Below, in pieces: positions 30,408 to 42,997 of a stretch of DNA of 64,000 nucleotides. The stretch lies in NCBI GenBank assembly GCA_000004985.1, contig GG738916.1; one strand, written 5' to 3'. Position numbers and translations under genes: made by a program. This DNA is from Naegleria gruberi. Taxonomy: Eukaryota. The notes under the pieces are model-generated. The model was given only the letters and a program-made list of their open reading frames with translations. It made no database searches and was not told where the DNA came from. How positions within the stretch are numbered: position 1 is the first letter of the stretch; each line of letters opens with the position of its first letter.

Positions 30408-33400
30408 ATTCTTCAGTAAAGTCAATATCTTTCAATCTTTCGGCATATTCCTTATATTCAGCATATTTAGATAGTGAAAGCTTGGCTATTTCTGCAACAT
30501 TTCCTTCTGTATCGTTAAGACATTCCAATAATGCATCTACCACCTTGTTTGCAACAAAATCTTCCTTGAGCTCATTAGAGTTTCTTACCATGTTTCCTAA
30601 TGCTGCAGCTGCATTAATTCTAATTTTTAAAACTGGATCCTTGAGCAAACCAACAAATATTGGAATTGCTGCAGCAGCACTTTGATACAAACCACTGCTG
30701 TGGAAGCAAGCATTACCTATTGCAAAGCAAGCAAGTTTTCTAGTGTTTGCATCTGGATCCTTACAACAATCAACAACACAAGGGATGATATCATACAACT
30801 CAATAGCTTGATTGAAATAATCATCCTTTCTGCACATGTTCCCAACAAGGTTACATGTTTTTGATCTAACGTAGGGTTCTTTGTGTCTGAGAAGTTCCTT
30901 GATATTAGGAAAGATCATAGCATGCTCCAAATACTTCTGACTATCCTTGCAGGATCTAGCTACTTGATTGAGAATGGCCAACATGTCAGAGATTACAGAA
31001 GAAGGAACTGTCAACGCCAACATTTTCCTGACGAAATCCATGTTCATTCCTCCAAACTTTAAGTATTGCTTCATGAATTGAGAGGATTGGGCTACTAATT
31101 TTGAAAGGAAGCGAATCACCTCCCCATAAAATTCTACTGGCACAAATTCTGAGAGGCCAATGCAATGATTAATAATTTCTTCCTTGGAAAGAATTTTCAC
31201 AATGTCCTCATGAATTCTTTCTTGTTCCTTATCTTTTTGCGTTGATTTCGAAAAGCAGGTGGCGAGGAATCTTGAGGATGTGAGAATGTAATGAGTAAGA
31301 GACATATTTCCACCATGCCTACTCTCTGGCCAGTGTGAAAAACAAGAGAGGGTATTCTTTTTCAATCCTTGAATAACGGTCCTGATGACAGACAAATCAC
31401 CCAACACATAAAACAAATTATGATTTCCATTTTCCACTAAATCATTCAACAGCTTGATGAATGAAGTTAATCCTTCTGGAGAAATTTCAGAATCCAACAT
31501 GTTCAATCTTTCAATCAAAGCTGACCACAATCCAGATGAGAATACCACATTCATAAAACTGCTATCATCTTTCAACTGATATAACAAAAATATAATTCCG
31601 TCCAATAATCCAAAATCTGGGAATCCAAAACCTGAACCCTCCACTCGTTTGATTTCATGTACCTCATATACAGTGTACTCTTTTGTGACCATACTCAACA
31701 ATGCATTTTGCTCCAGTGTTATTTCCTTAATAGTTTTTGCTTTGGATTCAGGGTTTACACAAGCTCTAGCCAACAACATAACAGCAAGACATTTAAATCT
31801 TTCATCGAATGCTGTGGAAACTATTGTCAAGCAATGGCTAACAATTGTTGCTAGATCCGCTTTGTACAGAGCTGTGAACTTTGGATTTTCTTTGAATATT
31901 GTGGCAATAATAATACAAGCCAATTCCACTTGATACATGGTACTTCCATCCGAAGTGTTAACAATTAAACTCATAATTGTTGTTACTATTGGATTTTCCA
32001 GAGCTAGTTGCTTACAAAACTCATGAGAGAATCTGCAACACTGATAAATGAGCTTCAGAGTGGAAACCACAGCAGGGAGATCTGTTGATTTTAGCAAGCG
32101 AGCAAGAGGAGCCATGTTGTTGTTCCTTGTCAGAAGTCTTGCAATCATGGCTCTAACAGTATTATCTTGATTGCATTCCAATACTTCCGTGACTGGGTAC
32201 TTGTCAGAGTGGAAAATGCATGGAAAAGGGAATATATCTCCTTCACTAGGGTGAACCAACTCTGCCAGGGCCATAATCGTTGCGTTGGACAGGGCAACTG
32301 TGTACTTTTCTTCAGTTTTAGTGCTACTTGTATCAAGACCTGACAACAAAATCGCAAACGACTTTTCATTCATGGTTTGATAAACAGAACTTGATTGGAA
32401 AGGCATTATACATGACTTGATAGCAATTTCTTGTAAACATTTCATGGTATTTAACTGTACACTTAGCGTATTGTCCAACTTATATTCCATAAGATTGTTA
32501 ACAATTGAGAAAAAATCTTTGAGTGTTTGAGCCATATTTTCAATTCCAAATTGAAGGGCATAGCTCAGTGAAATTAAAGCATCCGTTATTATAGTTCTAG
32601 CATCAAAGGTAGCACCTGAGAATTCCTTTAAAAAACCAAATAAATTGGCAACAAGGTTAGCATCAATCAAATTATCGGTATCAGTATCTTTACATTTCTC
32701 CAAGCATTTAGAGAGAATCTTTAGTGAGGTCTGTACAGTTTTAGTCGCTTTGGTCTTGTAATCATTTTGATTTACCAAAATAAATGATGACAATTTATCT
32801 AAATAAAATACATTCTTGAGGACTTTGGTTGGTCCGTTTTCTTCCTTAGACATTACTGATTCAATTTCAGATAAAGGAACTATTTACATATTTAGTTTCA
32901 TTACAAATCATTAATTACTTACTTTCCCTAGTGTGTTCTATTACTTTCTTTACATGATGCCCAGATTTAGCTATTACTTCTCCAGCTCTTAATCTTCTCT
33001 GGTTATAGACTATTTTATCAAAATCATGTATTCTCTTTCTTATTAAACTACTCTTCGATTCTCTTTCTCGTTGGTCTCTAAAAAGGTGATTAAAAAAGTT
33101 GTAAAATGAAAAGCTCACTTACCTCTCCTCTCTTGTTTCTTGAAGAAATGGGTGGTCCAATAATCTTGGCCAATCAAGTCTTTGGCTTGGTGACTTTGTT
33201 AATAGACCTTTAAGAAAACTTCTCAATGTTGGACTTATGTATGGTGGATATTTTACAGTGTCTTTTACAATTAACTGAATTAATGAAAAGAAATTGTTTG
33301 TATAAAATGGTGGTTTTCCAACCACCAACTCGAACAATATAATTCCTAACGACCACAGGTCAACTGTATGATTATAGGGATGCTCTTGGACAAGCTCTGG

Positions 33401-34135
33401 AGCCATATACAGAGGAGTACCTTTAATAGATGTCAACATCATGGTATTGTTTGACATTACTCTAGCAAATCCAAAATCGCAAAGCTTTACAGTACCATCA
33501 GCTCCAATTAGAATATTTTGTGGTTTCATGTCTATTAAAATGCTTCCCATACAGAATGATTACGAGTACTTACCTCTGTGAATAATTCTATTCGAATGAA
33601 TGTAATATAAGGCACTCACAAGCTGTCTTGCAATTTTGACTACTATTTCCTCAGGCAATCTTTCGTCATCTTCCAAAATTTCGTACAATTCTCCCTGTGC
33701 ATACTCCATCACAACACAAAATTCCTCGTTCGTTTCAAAAGAATCAAGAAGCAATACTATATTTTCATGATCCAACTTTCTTAGAATATTAATTTCCTGT
33801 CTCAATGTATTTAATTCCTTCTCATTCTTTCCCTTCTTTGGAATAAACTTTAAAGCCACAGTTTGGCTTGTTTGTTTTCTCCTTCCCTTGAACACTCTAC
33901 CAAAAGATCCCTCTCCAATTAAATCCAAAACATGATAATCATCAATGGAACTTCCCTTCTGAGCAACCATTGTTCTCGGTGTAATTGCACTCGTTTCATT
34001 ACTATTCGCATTAACTACCAATAATTGTTGTCGTTGTTGTTGAGGTGAGGGTGATAAAGGTCTTGCCTGTTGTTGTTGTTGATTGTTCATCCCCGCAACA
34101 GCAAGTGAGGGTTTTGCTGATGAGGGTCTTTGCAT
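30397..34135 (-). CDS. Fused/STK36-type serine/threonine kinase with a C-terminal ARM/HEAT-repeat region, four exons: 34135..33574, 33531..33123, 33077..32923, 32879..30397; about 1202 aa
   Basis: Kinase subdomains: [35 protein letters not shown] split by a 42-nt GTAAGT..TAG intron, [26 protein letters not shown]. The splice junctions are phase-consistent. The C-terminus has armadillo-like repeats ([26 protein letters not shown]). Confidence 0.85.
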
Positions 34136-34913
34136 TTATTTTTTTTTTAAAGCCTTTGATGGCCATCATTGTGTTTGCGCGCTGTTTATTCTTTTTCTCT
34201 CAAAAGATTCGACTACGGTATTGCTGTATTAATGCACCAAACTTGACTACTCGACATGAATCAAAATTGCTCAAGAAAAATTTATTAAGGATTATTTGGG
34301 CTTGCAGGATGAATATTTTGCCACGTCTGGAGATTGGCTTCGCACATGATTTTAAGCAATTTGGCAAAACAACTTTTTTGTGTTTTAAAGTGCTTTATTT
34401 TGAAACAACACAAGAAATCAAACAACAATCTTTTGATAATTAGCTGAACCATTGAGCCAACTTTGAAATCTTGTCAAATAACATCAAGTCTTTTTTCAAT
34501 AATTGCCAAATCCTTAAAATTTTCATCTCACGATCTGGCATTTTATTGTCTTGATGATATCTCGGAATTGTCATTCAAGATCAATTAATAGTAACCCACC
34601 ATGAAATTGTAAACATGAGAGCACTTATCTAACACTAGTAGGAGTATAGTTGTTTCTTATCTAATTTATGCTCCTCAAATTGTTGATTTGGGCCAACAAA
34701 CAAGATTTTGCCGAAACTGAAATTTCTAACATTTTGAAATTAAACTCCATTCAACAAGATTAGAATTCAATGCATGGCTATCTAACAAAATAATTGACAA
34801 TTCTGATTTTTGAATTGGTCATTTATCCAAATTCTTCACATTTTAAAAACTAAACATTATTGTAAACCCTGCAACTAAAACAAAAAATCAAGTTTCTCAA
34901 TCACAAAAAAAAA

Positions 34914-36179
34914 ATGCAACCAAACAGAAACGAACCACAGCCCATTCCTCCCTTCTCTGAAAGTTATTCCTATGATTTAGGACCTTTACCACAATACCAA
35001 CTAGAACCAACTCTTTCCGATTTTAATAATAACCAAAACATCACCAATGACAATTCCACCAATTCCACAAACAGTACTAGAACCAAAAAAACGAGACAAT
35101 TTCGTCGTGATCGTGATACACAAATCAGTACTCCTCCGACCTCATCATCATCATCATCATTAAATAATATTAATAATAATAATAATTCTAGAAATTTAGA
35201 AAAAAACAATTCAAGTAGCAGTAATAATAATAATAATAACATGGTGAGTGTTGCTCCTGGTATTTCCATAATACCTGGTAATCAACATTTGATAAATAAT
35301 AATGCAAATTCACTTCCGGAGAGGATTGAAGGTGGAGCTACTAAATGTCCAATCTGCACACGAAATAAACAATCGTGTGAAGAAGCTAAATCCCTGATGG
35401 GTAAGCTAGGAGTTAGTAATCCATTCCTCAAGGCACAGAATGATGCATTCAATAAAAAGGTTACGAGACATAAGGGGAAAATCAAAATGAAGGAATTCAA
35501 TGCATCAATTAGAGAGGAATTTAAACAATTATTGGGGAAAATTGAGGGGAAAATATTTAGAAATGAAGAGGAATATTCAACATTTCTAAAGAGGGAATAT
35601 TATGATCATTTGAATGAATACTTAAAAGAGACAGTAAATAGTAATGAGGATGATGAAGAGTATCATAGCAATGAGGATGATGAAGAAGATGTCTCAGAAA
35701 TTAGTACTGAGGAAGATGAGGGCAGTGATACTGAAACATCAGATGAAGATGAAGAATACCCAAAGAAGAGAAAGAGTAAAGCATCGACACCAAGCTCTAA
35801 AAAGAGTAAAGCTGACAAGTCAACAGCCAAAGCAAGCAGTTCAACCACTAACGTTGCTTCCTCTTCATCCTTTGCATCTGTTGCTCCATTAGGTGAAGCA
35901 AAAGTTGAGCTTGTTGCCTATCAAGAAAAGTACAAGGATCTTAACATTTACATGTTATGCATTCTTAATCTTTCAGATTTTGATAATTTTGACAAATTCA
36001 AATCAGCAATCAAAAAGGAATTGCTAATTACACATGACAATTTCAAAATTTACTTTAAATTTGGAATACTTGGGAAGAGTTTCATTATTACAAATTCCAA
36101 AATACTTGAAAATCTTAAACAACAAGTAATTGCTTGTCCATCAACCTCACGTGAAATTATCGAAATAAGAGGAATGTAA
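34914..36179 (+). CDS. Hypothetical N/S-rich, acidic protein, 421 aa
   Basis: ORF with an ATG start. It has poly-N and poly-S tracts, a D/E-rich block, and a KKRKSK basic patch. No family recognised. Confidence 0.45.
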   Translation: MQPNRNEPQPIPPFSESYSYDLGPLPQYQLEPTLSDFNNNQNITNDNSTNSTNSTRTKKTRQFRRDRDTQISTPPTSSSSSSLNNINNNNNSRNLEKNNSSSSNNNNNNMVSVAPGISIIPGNQHLINNNANSLPERIEGGATKCPICTRNKQSCEEAKSLMGKLGVSNPFLKAQNDAFNKKVTRHKGKIKMKEFNASIREEFKQLLGKIEGKIFRNEEEYSTFLKREYYDHLNEYLKETVNSNEDDEEYHSNEDDEEDVSEISTEEDEGSDTETSDEDEEYPKKRKSKASTPSSKKSKADKSTAKASSSTTNVASSSSFASVAPLGEAKVELVAYQEKYKDLNIYMLCILNLSDFDNFDKFKSAIKKELLITHDNFKIYFKFGILGKSFIITNSKILENLKQQVIACPSTSREIIEIRGM

Positions 36180-36194
36180 AATACAGTTCAACGA

Positions 36195-38612
36195 ATGTCA
36201 CTTGTTATGTTCAAAGTTCAACCTGTCTGTCAAAATCAAAAAACATCAAAAAAAATGTTTTGCTTTCTCTTGCCCAATCGGAATAGTAGAAATAACAACA
36301 ATACCATCACTTCCATCTCTACCACTTCAAATGTAAATGACCACCTTTCGTCCGAATTATTGTCAATTATACTTTCGTATTTTTCATTCGAAGAGAAAAT
36401 TAGTGTGATGAGATTTGTTTCTAAAACTTGGTTTACTTTCTGTTGGATTAGTACTGATTCCATCAATATTGATGCTAAATGGAGTGAACAATATGTAAAA
36501 TATATTGTAAACAAAGTTATTCAAAAACAAACTCTTCCATATTTGGAAGAATTGACTGTTTCTTCAGAACATGCTCTTACAAATGATTTTCTAGTGGGTG
36601 ATTTCCTAACAAAATCAAGAAAATTGCAAAGACTCTTCTTGAAACAACCCATCAATTCATCTCAATTATTTAATGTCACCAATCATTTGAATAATTTGAC
36701 AAACATTTATTTGAATATTCATAATGTTAAGAATGAAACTCTCATTTCAACATTTAAAGATTTGGATTTTAATGATTTGAGACCAAAGACTGTAATATTG
36801 CCAAAACTCAAGTCGTTAACTTTACAAAATGCACATTTGGATGCTGAACATTCAGCATCGATCCTATTTCTCTTCCTTTTTAAGAATATTTTAGTGAACT
36901 TTTCTAATCATTTGCAATCCAGAACTGATCTTCCATCTACCATTGATTGTAATTTGTTGGAAGAAGTTGAATTAATCAAGTGTGATGGAATTGATGAGAT
37001 TTTTGAAAAATTGGAAAAGATTACAAAAGAATATTGTGAAAAGGAATTAAAGATTTATGGATCTACTGTTGAAAAATCATTCAGAAATTGCATTCCCCTC
37101 AATTCATTGACATTCAAGTTTTGTTCTGATGTTGGAGACAAGGCATGTGTTTCTAGTTCCAAATTATTTAAGAATCTCAACAAGTTGTGGTTTGATAAGA
37201 ATAAGAAACCAACAGAGTTGACCTTTGGTGTTGCTCCACAAAGTGGTTTTACAGGTATTTTGCACGAGAACAATGGATTGGTGTCTGTCTTGTATCAATT
37301 CAGAGATTCTTTGCGGAGTTTAAAGCTGTCAGAGTTTCTTTTCCATACATCAACCACTCCAGAGGATACACCTTACAATTTTACAAAAGTATTGAGTTTA
37401 TTGACGAATTTGAAAGATATTCAACTTGATTTAGGAAGCACCAATACATCAGTCTCGACTCAATCTGTATTTTTAGCTCAGAACATGTTTGAAATTTCGA
37501 ACAGTGTTGAAAGAATAGTTCTCAATGAATGTGGTGATATATTGACACAAGAATTTTGGGATGTCATGACTGGAAACAATGTTAAAGACGAGACTACCAT
37601 TTTTTATCCTAATCTACACACACTCACTGTTCACAGTGGCAAAATGTATAACATTACCTCTAGTTTAATTAGAGAAAATGCATTCCCTAAATTGGAAAAT
37701 GTTACCTTTGACTATTGTTGCAGAATTGAGAGTTTGTACAAGGATGCAAAAGAATCCTCAACTTCAACCTTCGAACAGAATGAAGAAGTCATCACCACCA
37801 ACAAGAAACAATTTAAAAACATTACATTCGATAGATGTATCAGATTGAAACAAGGAATGAATCAATTTATTTCCATGTGCAATCCAAAACTGATTGATAC
37901 GTTTGACTTTTTGCAAATGAAAGAATGCACACGTTATGATTGGTTAGGTAAATTGACCAGTGTGAAGCATGTCAACTTGACCAGCAATATTAATCTCAAG
38001 GATGATGATTTGAAGTATTTGGCAAATTGTGAACAACTTGTCTCACTTTCTCTAGCTCACAACAAGACTCTGAATGGTTCTGGACTCAAATACCTGGCCG
38101 ATTCTACAAGAATTTGTGAAACTTTGCAGTTCCTTAATGTAGATTGGTGTTCCAAATTTGAAGATCAAGCTCTAGAGCATATTTCAAAGTTTACCAATCT
38201 AAGACAATTACACATTTTACATGTAAAGATATTGTCTCGCTTTGATTTATTGAAGAGCTTAACCAAGTTGGAAACTCTGTTGCTTGTTCGTTGTTTCAAC
38301 TTGTCTGACGAGAGTATTATTCCAGTCATTGAAAATTGTAAAGATCTGAAGGTGTTATCACTTCATGGAGGGCATCACGGTTACAATGAAGCCATGTCCA
38401 ATAAGATTTTGAAAGCAATTTCTCAAAATTTACACAATATCAGACATTTGACTGTTAATTTTGCTCCAATCACCAACGATGGCGTTAAATTGCTTGCCAA
38501 ACTTCATTACTTGGAATATTTGGATGTAATGAGAAGTAAGGCATCCGATAAGATTTTAAAATACTTCCCAAACACTTCAGTTGTTCTTGATATCAAACAA
38601 ATATCCCAATAA
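36195..38612 (+). CDS. F-box/LRR-repeat protein, 805 aa
   Basis: F-box: LSSELLSIILSYFSFEEKISVMRFVSKTWFTFCW. C-terminal RNI-like LRRs: LKYLANCEQLVSLSLAHNKTLNGSGLKYLADS, LKVLSLHGG. Confidence 0.7.
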   Translation: MSLVMFKVQPVCQNQKTSKKMFCFLLPNRNSRNNNNTITSISTTSNVNDHLSSELLSIILSYFSFEEKISVMRFVSKTWFTFCWISTDSINIDAKWSEQYVKYIVNKVIQKQTLPYLEELTVSSEHALTNDFLVGDFLTKSRKLQRLFLKQPINSSQLFNVTNHLNNLTNIYLNIHNVKNETLISTFKDLDFNDLRPKTVILPKLKSLTLQNAHLDAEHSASILFLFLFKNILVNFSNHLQSRTDLPSTIDCNLLEEVELIKCDGIDEIFEKLEKITKEYCEKELKIYGSTVEKSFRNCIPLNSLTFKFCSDVGDKACVSSSKLFKNLNKLWFDKNKKPTELTFGVAPQSGFTGILHENNGLVSVLYQFRDSLRSLKLSEFLFHTSTTPEDTPYNFTKVLSLLTNLKDIQLDLGSTNTSVSTQSVFLAQNMFEISNSVERIVLNECGDILTQEFWDVMTGNNVKDETTIFYPNLHTLTVHSGKMYNITSSLIRENAFPKLENVTFDYCCRIESLYKDAKESSTSTFEQNEEVITTNKKQFKNITFDRCIRLKQGMNQFISMCNPKLIDTFDFLQMKECTRYDWLGKLTSVKHVNLTSNINLKDDDLKYLANCEQLVSLSLAHNKTLNGSGLKYLADSTRICETLQFLNVDWCSKFEDQALEHISKFTNLRQLHILHVKILSRFDLLKSLTKLETLLLVRCFNLSDESIIPVIENCKDLKVLSLHGGHHGYNEAMSNKILKAISQNLHNIRHLTVNFAPITNDGVKLLAKLHYLEYLDVMRSKASDKILKYFPNTSVVLDIKQISQ

Positions 38613-38627
38613 TTGTACCATAAATAA

Positions 38628-40355
38628 CTATCTATTTCTATAACTGGTCATGCTTGGATTGTATGCTCTATTATTCATATTAGGATTCTGTTGATTGTTA
38701 GTGATAGGTAACAGATTAGCCCTCACACCCATATAATACGAAAGCAAGAGTTCAACAAGGTAAACCAAAACAGTCCTTATTGGAAGATTCATCAAAAACA
38801 CTCTCAACTTGTCAGTTAATCCACTTTCCTTTCTGTAGAATGGATTAAGAAGTGAGTCAGTCTTTGGTGGTGAATCGATCTTGTTATTTAAGGAAATACA
38901 ATGACTTTCCAAATCTTTGAGTTTTTGTTCGTACTCTTCAATAAGTTTCTCCAGGTTATTCTTCTTTGTCTTTCTTGTTTCGGTTTCTTCAAGTCCATTA
39001 GTTGCTGTGGTTAAATTTCTTTCCTTCTTTTTCCTTTTTTTCCTTTCAACTTTTTCTACAGGTTTAACAATAGTTGGTTGACCAACAATTTCCTTTACAG
39101 CACTTCCTAAATCTTCCAGAGCTGGCTTGAACAAACTCAGCAATTCTCTATTGAGAGTTGAGATGGAAACAGCCAAGTGTTCAATTTCATCAATCAGTGT
39201 TTTTACCTGTTCAGTTGATTCCGCTTTCAATAAAGCAAAACAATTATATTTGAACATCCAAGTTGCTACTGCATCCTCTGTATTCATCAATTCCTTGAAA
39301 GTTTTCTTTGATTTTTCAATAAGCACTGCCAATGATTCGTTAATTTTCTTCTTTTTCTTTGATTTTGCATTTGTTTGCACTGAAAGAGCCAAACTTGTCA
39401 AAATATTTGCTAAATTCAATTTCAATTCCTCTATAAATTGTTGAAATTCTTTTGCCCTCTCAATCTTTTCTACAGAAACAAAATTCCTTACATGAAATGA
39501 ATTTTTCAAATAATCTGAATCAACATGAGGATAATTCTCCAATGCTCTTTCTCTTTCAGTTCTTGAATTTGCCTTGGCCATTGTAAAGATATAATCCAAA
39601 CTTGAATCAATCAAATCATACAAATAATAGACAACAATTGATCTCAATCCTTCCTTAATCATTGAAGATAACCAATGAGGAGATGATATTGGATTTTTTC
39701 CTCCATTCAAATCCACACTTTCCAACATCATGAAAACATTTCCAATACTTTCTGATCTGAACTTTCTAAAAAACAAATAATATAGACACGAAACCACCAA
39801 ATGCACAACTCTAAACGATTTCCTTCCAAACATTGACAAATTCTCCAACTCTAACCTTCTCATCTGATTCGAAGTTTCAATAATTTCATCCAACATTTGT
39901 TTCTTCTCCCTCATACGAGCTGATTCCTTCCACAAATAATTCTCAAAATCCGAATCTGCCTCCAAATCCTGATAGAAACCCCTCCTCCCAACCTCTGTCT
40001 GCTCTAGGAATGTAAAAACATCTTGTCTTTGCTTGGTGGCAAGCCTCTCATATTGTTCCGAATCTAAAATTGCTTCTCTCCTCCTCAGCAAACGTTCCAA
40101 AACGTAGGATGAAAATACAATAATCGAATCATCAATTAATAAACTCCAGAAAAGTGATGTAAATCGATTCCGAATAAACGGATTAAACAATGATGATAAT
40201 TGAAAATTATTTAGAAAATTAAATTGTGATGATGATGAATTGTAATAATTGCTTCCGAATGAGTTGTTATTATTGAATCCATAGCTATTATTATTGCTAT
40301 TAAAATTATTAAATTGACTCGAATGATTATTCAAATAATCGAAAGAGTTTTCCAT
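38628..40355 (-). CDS. Hypothetical protein, 575 aa, with an N-rich N-terminus and predicted coiled-coil segments
   Basis: A long ORF on the minus strand. No family recognised. Confidence 0.45.
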   Translation of the reverse strand: MENSFDYLNNHSSQFNNFNSNNNSYGFNNNNSFGSNYYNSSSSQFNFLNNFQLSSLFNPFIRNRFTSLFWSLLIDDSIIVFSSYVLERLLRRREAILDSEQYERLATKQRQDVFTFLEQTEVGRRGFYQDLEADSDFENYLWKESARMREKKQMLDEIIETSNQMRRLELENLSMFGRKSFRVVHLVVSCLYYLFFRKFRSESIGNVFMMLESVDLNGGKNPISSPHWLSSMIKEGLRSIVVYYLYDLIDSSLDYIFTMAKANSRTERERALENYPHVDSDYLKNSFHVRNFVSVEKIERAKEFQQFIEELKLNLANILTSLALSVQTNAKSKKKKKINESLAVLIEKSKKTFKELMNTEDAVATWMFKYNCFALLKAESTEQVKTLIDEIEHLAVSISTLNRELLSLFKPALEDLGSAVKEIVGQPTIVKPVEKVERKKRKKKERNLTTATNGLEETETRKTKKNNLEKLIEEYEQKLKDLESHCISLNNKIDSPPKTDSLLNPFYRKESGLTDKLRVFLMNLPIRTVLVYLVELLLSYYMGVRANLLPITNNQQNPNMNNRAYNPSMTSYRNR

Positions 40356-40415
40356 AAATTCAAATTTTTATATTTTTTTTTAATGTTTTTTAAATTTTTA
40401 CAATTTTAATTATAT

Positions 40416-41423
40416 TCAATCTTTCAATAATAATTCCAAAATGGCCATTCTCATGTAGACACCATTATTCATTTGTCTAAAGTAGGCTGCTCTTTCGTCA
40501 GTGTCAATACTTTCGTCCAATTCGTCAACTCTTGGCAATGGATGCATAATGATTGGCAAGTGTTGATTTCTGGAATGTTGTAAATCGTCCTTCTTGAGAC
40601 AGAATGATGATTTGTAGCTCAAATATTGATCTTCATTTTCAAATCTTTCCTTTTGCAATCTGGTTGCATAAATTACATCCAATTCCTTCATAATTTCAGG
40701 TGTCAATTTTTCACATTCAACAATTTCATGAACATTTCCATAATTCTTGACACATTCCTCAATAACATAATCTGGCATTTTCAATCCAGATGGAGAAATC
40801 AAGTATAATTTAAGCGGTTGGGTATTATAATATTTGTATAATAATCTCAATAAGGAATGAACAGTTCTACCAAATTTCAAATCACCAAACATGCAAATTG
40901 TCTTTAAATTGAAATCAATTTGTTGAGAAACTCTCTTTTCTTCTTCAGTAATTGTAAACAAGTCCAATAAAGCTTGAGTTGGATGTTCACCATCACCATC
41001 TCCAGCATTAATCAATGGCTTTTCCAATTTTGGTAAAACTTCTTGATGAACTCCTCTCTTTGGATGTCTCATAACAGTTAAATCACCATATTGCTCCATA
41101 GTACGAAGAGTATCTTGCAAAGATTCTCCCTTAACACTACTACTACTTTGAATATCAAGAGTAATTGGTTTACCACCCAATTTCAATACAGCAGATTGGA
41201 ATGAGCATAAAGTTCTAGTCGATGGTTCAAAGAATAACAAGTTTACAATCTTATCGGAAAGGACAGTATTATATTGATGATATTGTTTAGTTTTGTGATA
41301 ATTTTTAAATTCACCAGCTCTCAATGACAACTGTTCAATAAGTGACTTGTCGACTTGTTTGATGGAAAGTAAACTCTTCAAATTATTTTCAACACCTGTA
41401 CCAGAAGATGATGGAGAACTCAT
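40416..41423 (-). CDS. pyrB: Aspartate carbamoyltransferase catalytic chain, stand-alone, 335 aa
   Basis: FFEPSTRTLCSF (carbamoyl-phosphate-binding STRT motif). HPTQALLDLFTI. IMHPLPRVDEL. It has its own Met and a roughly 500-bp upstream intergenic region. It is not fused to CPSase/DHOase. Confidence 0.85.
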   Translation of the reverse strand: MSSPSSSGTGVENNLKSLLSIKQVDKSLIEQLSLRAGEFKNYHKTKQYHQYNTVLSDKIVNLLFFEPSTRTLCSFQSAVLKLGGKPITLDIQSSSSVKGESLQDTLRTMEQYGDLTVMRHPKRGVHQEVLPKLEKPLINAGDGDGEHPTQALLDLFTITEEEKRVSQQIDFNLKTICMFGDLKFGRTVHSLLRLLYKYYNTQPLKLYLISPSGLKMPDYVIEECVKNYGNVHEIVECEKLTPEIMKELDVIYATRLQKERFENEDQYLSYKSSFCLKKDDLQHSRNQHLPIIMHPLPRVDELDESIDTDERAAYFRQMNNGVYMRMAILELLLKD

Positions 41424-41925
41424 TCCTTTTTTTTCAATTTAATTGTGCAGCAAGTGATTGGACCCAAATTATCCTTCATCATTGATTGAGGAGGTGAGGA
41501 CTTGGATATTGTTTTAAATCTCCAGGTGGGTACTTCTTGAAGAAAAGTTTCAAAAGAGTGTTATCTGAGCAGTTGAAGAAGTTTGAGATTTTCAATAATC
41601 AGCTCGCTTGAGGCCTATTAGAAAATAAATGTTCATGATTTAGTTGAATTAAAAATATTGGATATCAAGTTAAAATGAAAAGGTATTCAAGTCAAATGTT
41701 CACTCTCAACATGTCCACTTGGAAGGTTCAAAGAAAAAGAGGATTATAAATTAAGCAAAAAGTTTAGTAAACAAATGAATTATAATAATTATATACAACA
41801 ATTCGGTTGTATAGGATGATTGTTGACACTCTAAGATTTGATTGATAAGAGTGAGTGATCCGAATTAGCTATTATTGCACATTAGTAAATCTCAATCTCA
41901 AATACAATCCTATTTGACTATAAAT

Positions 41926-42997
41926 TTAATAATAATAACTCTTCTTGACAGCAGGCTTCAAAATCTGGAATGAGCACATCAAAGTCTCATCGACAGACAT
42001 CATTGCACCTGCATTATCGAATTCGTTACAGTAATTTGGAGCACTGAAAATCGTCACCAATTGCCTCTTGGCAAAGAATTTGTATCCTTCTTCTACGACT
42101 TGGTGAGCACGACAGACAAGATCCAAATCATGTTTTTTCAGGAATTTTTCTACAACATCATTACCAAATGTGAAAGAAACACCTCTATCATTTTCTCCCC
42201 ATCCTTGTATGCCTTCTTCTGGATCACTCCACAACAAATCACACAACAAGCCACTATCTGGAACATCACTACAAAAAGTTAATAATATTAAACAGAGGGA
42301 TTACTTACGTTGGACGCATAACCTTTCTAATTTGTTCCATATTGTGAAGTTCTGGCGATAAACCACCGTGCATACAGAAAATCTTTTCATCAATAATAGC
42401 AGCAACAGGCATGCAGTTGAAGCAATCAGTAAAGCTCTTCCATAATCTTATGGAGTATCTTCTTTTACATTCGTCATAAAAACCATAAATTCTGTTGATG
42501 GAAGCGCATTCTATTGTTGTTGTTGATATTAATAAACTAGTAATAACAACAATAATACATACCGTGATTACCTCTCAAAAGGAAGAAATTTTCTGGATAT
42601 TTAATTTTGTAGGCAAGCAAAAGGCAAATAGTTTCCAAGGATTGCTTTCCTCTGTCTACGTAATCTCCCAAAAAGAGATAATTTGCTTCTGGTGGGAAAC
42701 CTCCGTATTCGAACAATCTCAAAAGATCATAGTATTGTCCATGGACATCTCCACAAATTTTAATAGGTGCTTCGAGTTCCAGCAAAGCAGGCTGAGATAT
42801 GAAAATTTCCCTAGATTTTAATATTAATTGTTTAATTTCGTTTTCAGTTAGACTCACTAATAAAAAAGTTCGAACCATTTCTTTGATGATTTTGAATACA
42901 AACCTTGTTTTCCTGGTCGAGAACCTCTAACTTCCAACAATTTAAAGATGATGGCATCAATGTCGATATCAGCCGTTGGTGTTGTAGGTGTAGACAT
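41926..42997 (-). CDS. Serine/threonine protein phosphatase PP1 catalytic subunit, four exons
   Basis: Exon 1 reads [31 protein letters not shown], then GTTTGT. Exon 2 reads ...[82 protein letters not shown], then GTATGT. Exon 3 reads [19 protein letters not shown]...[10 protein letters not shown]...MRPT, then GTAAGT. Exon 4 reads [16 protein letters not shown]...[10 protein letters not shown]...SAPNYC. The protein is near-identical to canonical PP1. Confidence 0.9.

Noticed and set aside
34045-34443. A 132-aa plus-strand ORF in the Fused/34914-gene intergenic region. Similar cases: 21269..21619 and 21663..21962.
   Set aside because: No start context, no similarity, and they sit in a divergent-promoter intergenic region. 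Chance ORFs are expected at this composition.
35100-35260. AAT/AAC trinucleotide runs considered as non-coding microsatellites. Similar runs lie at 53600..53680 and 59400..59470.
   Set aside because: They are in frame within long ORFs and encode poly-N tracts typical of this genome. Their length variation between the paralogues is noted under the duplication finding.
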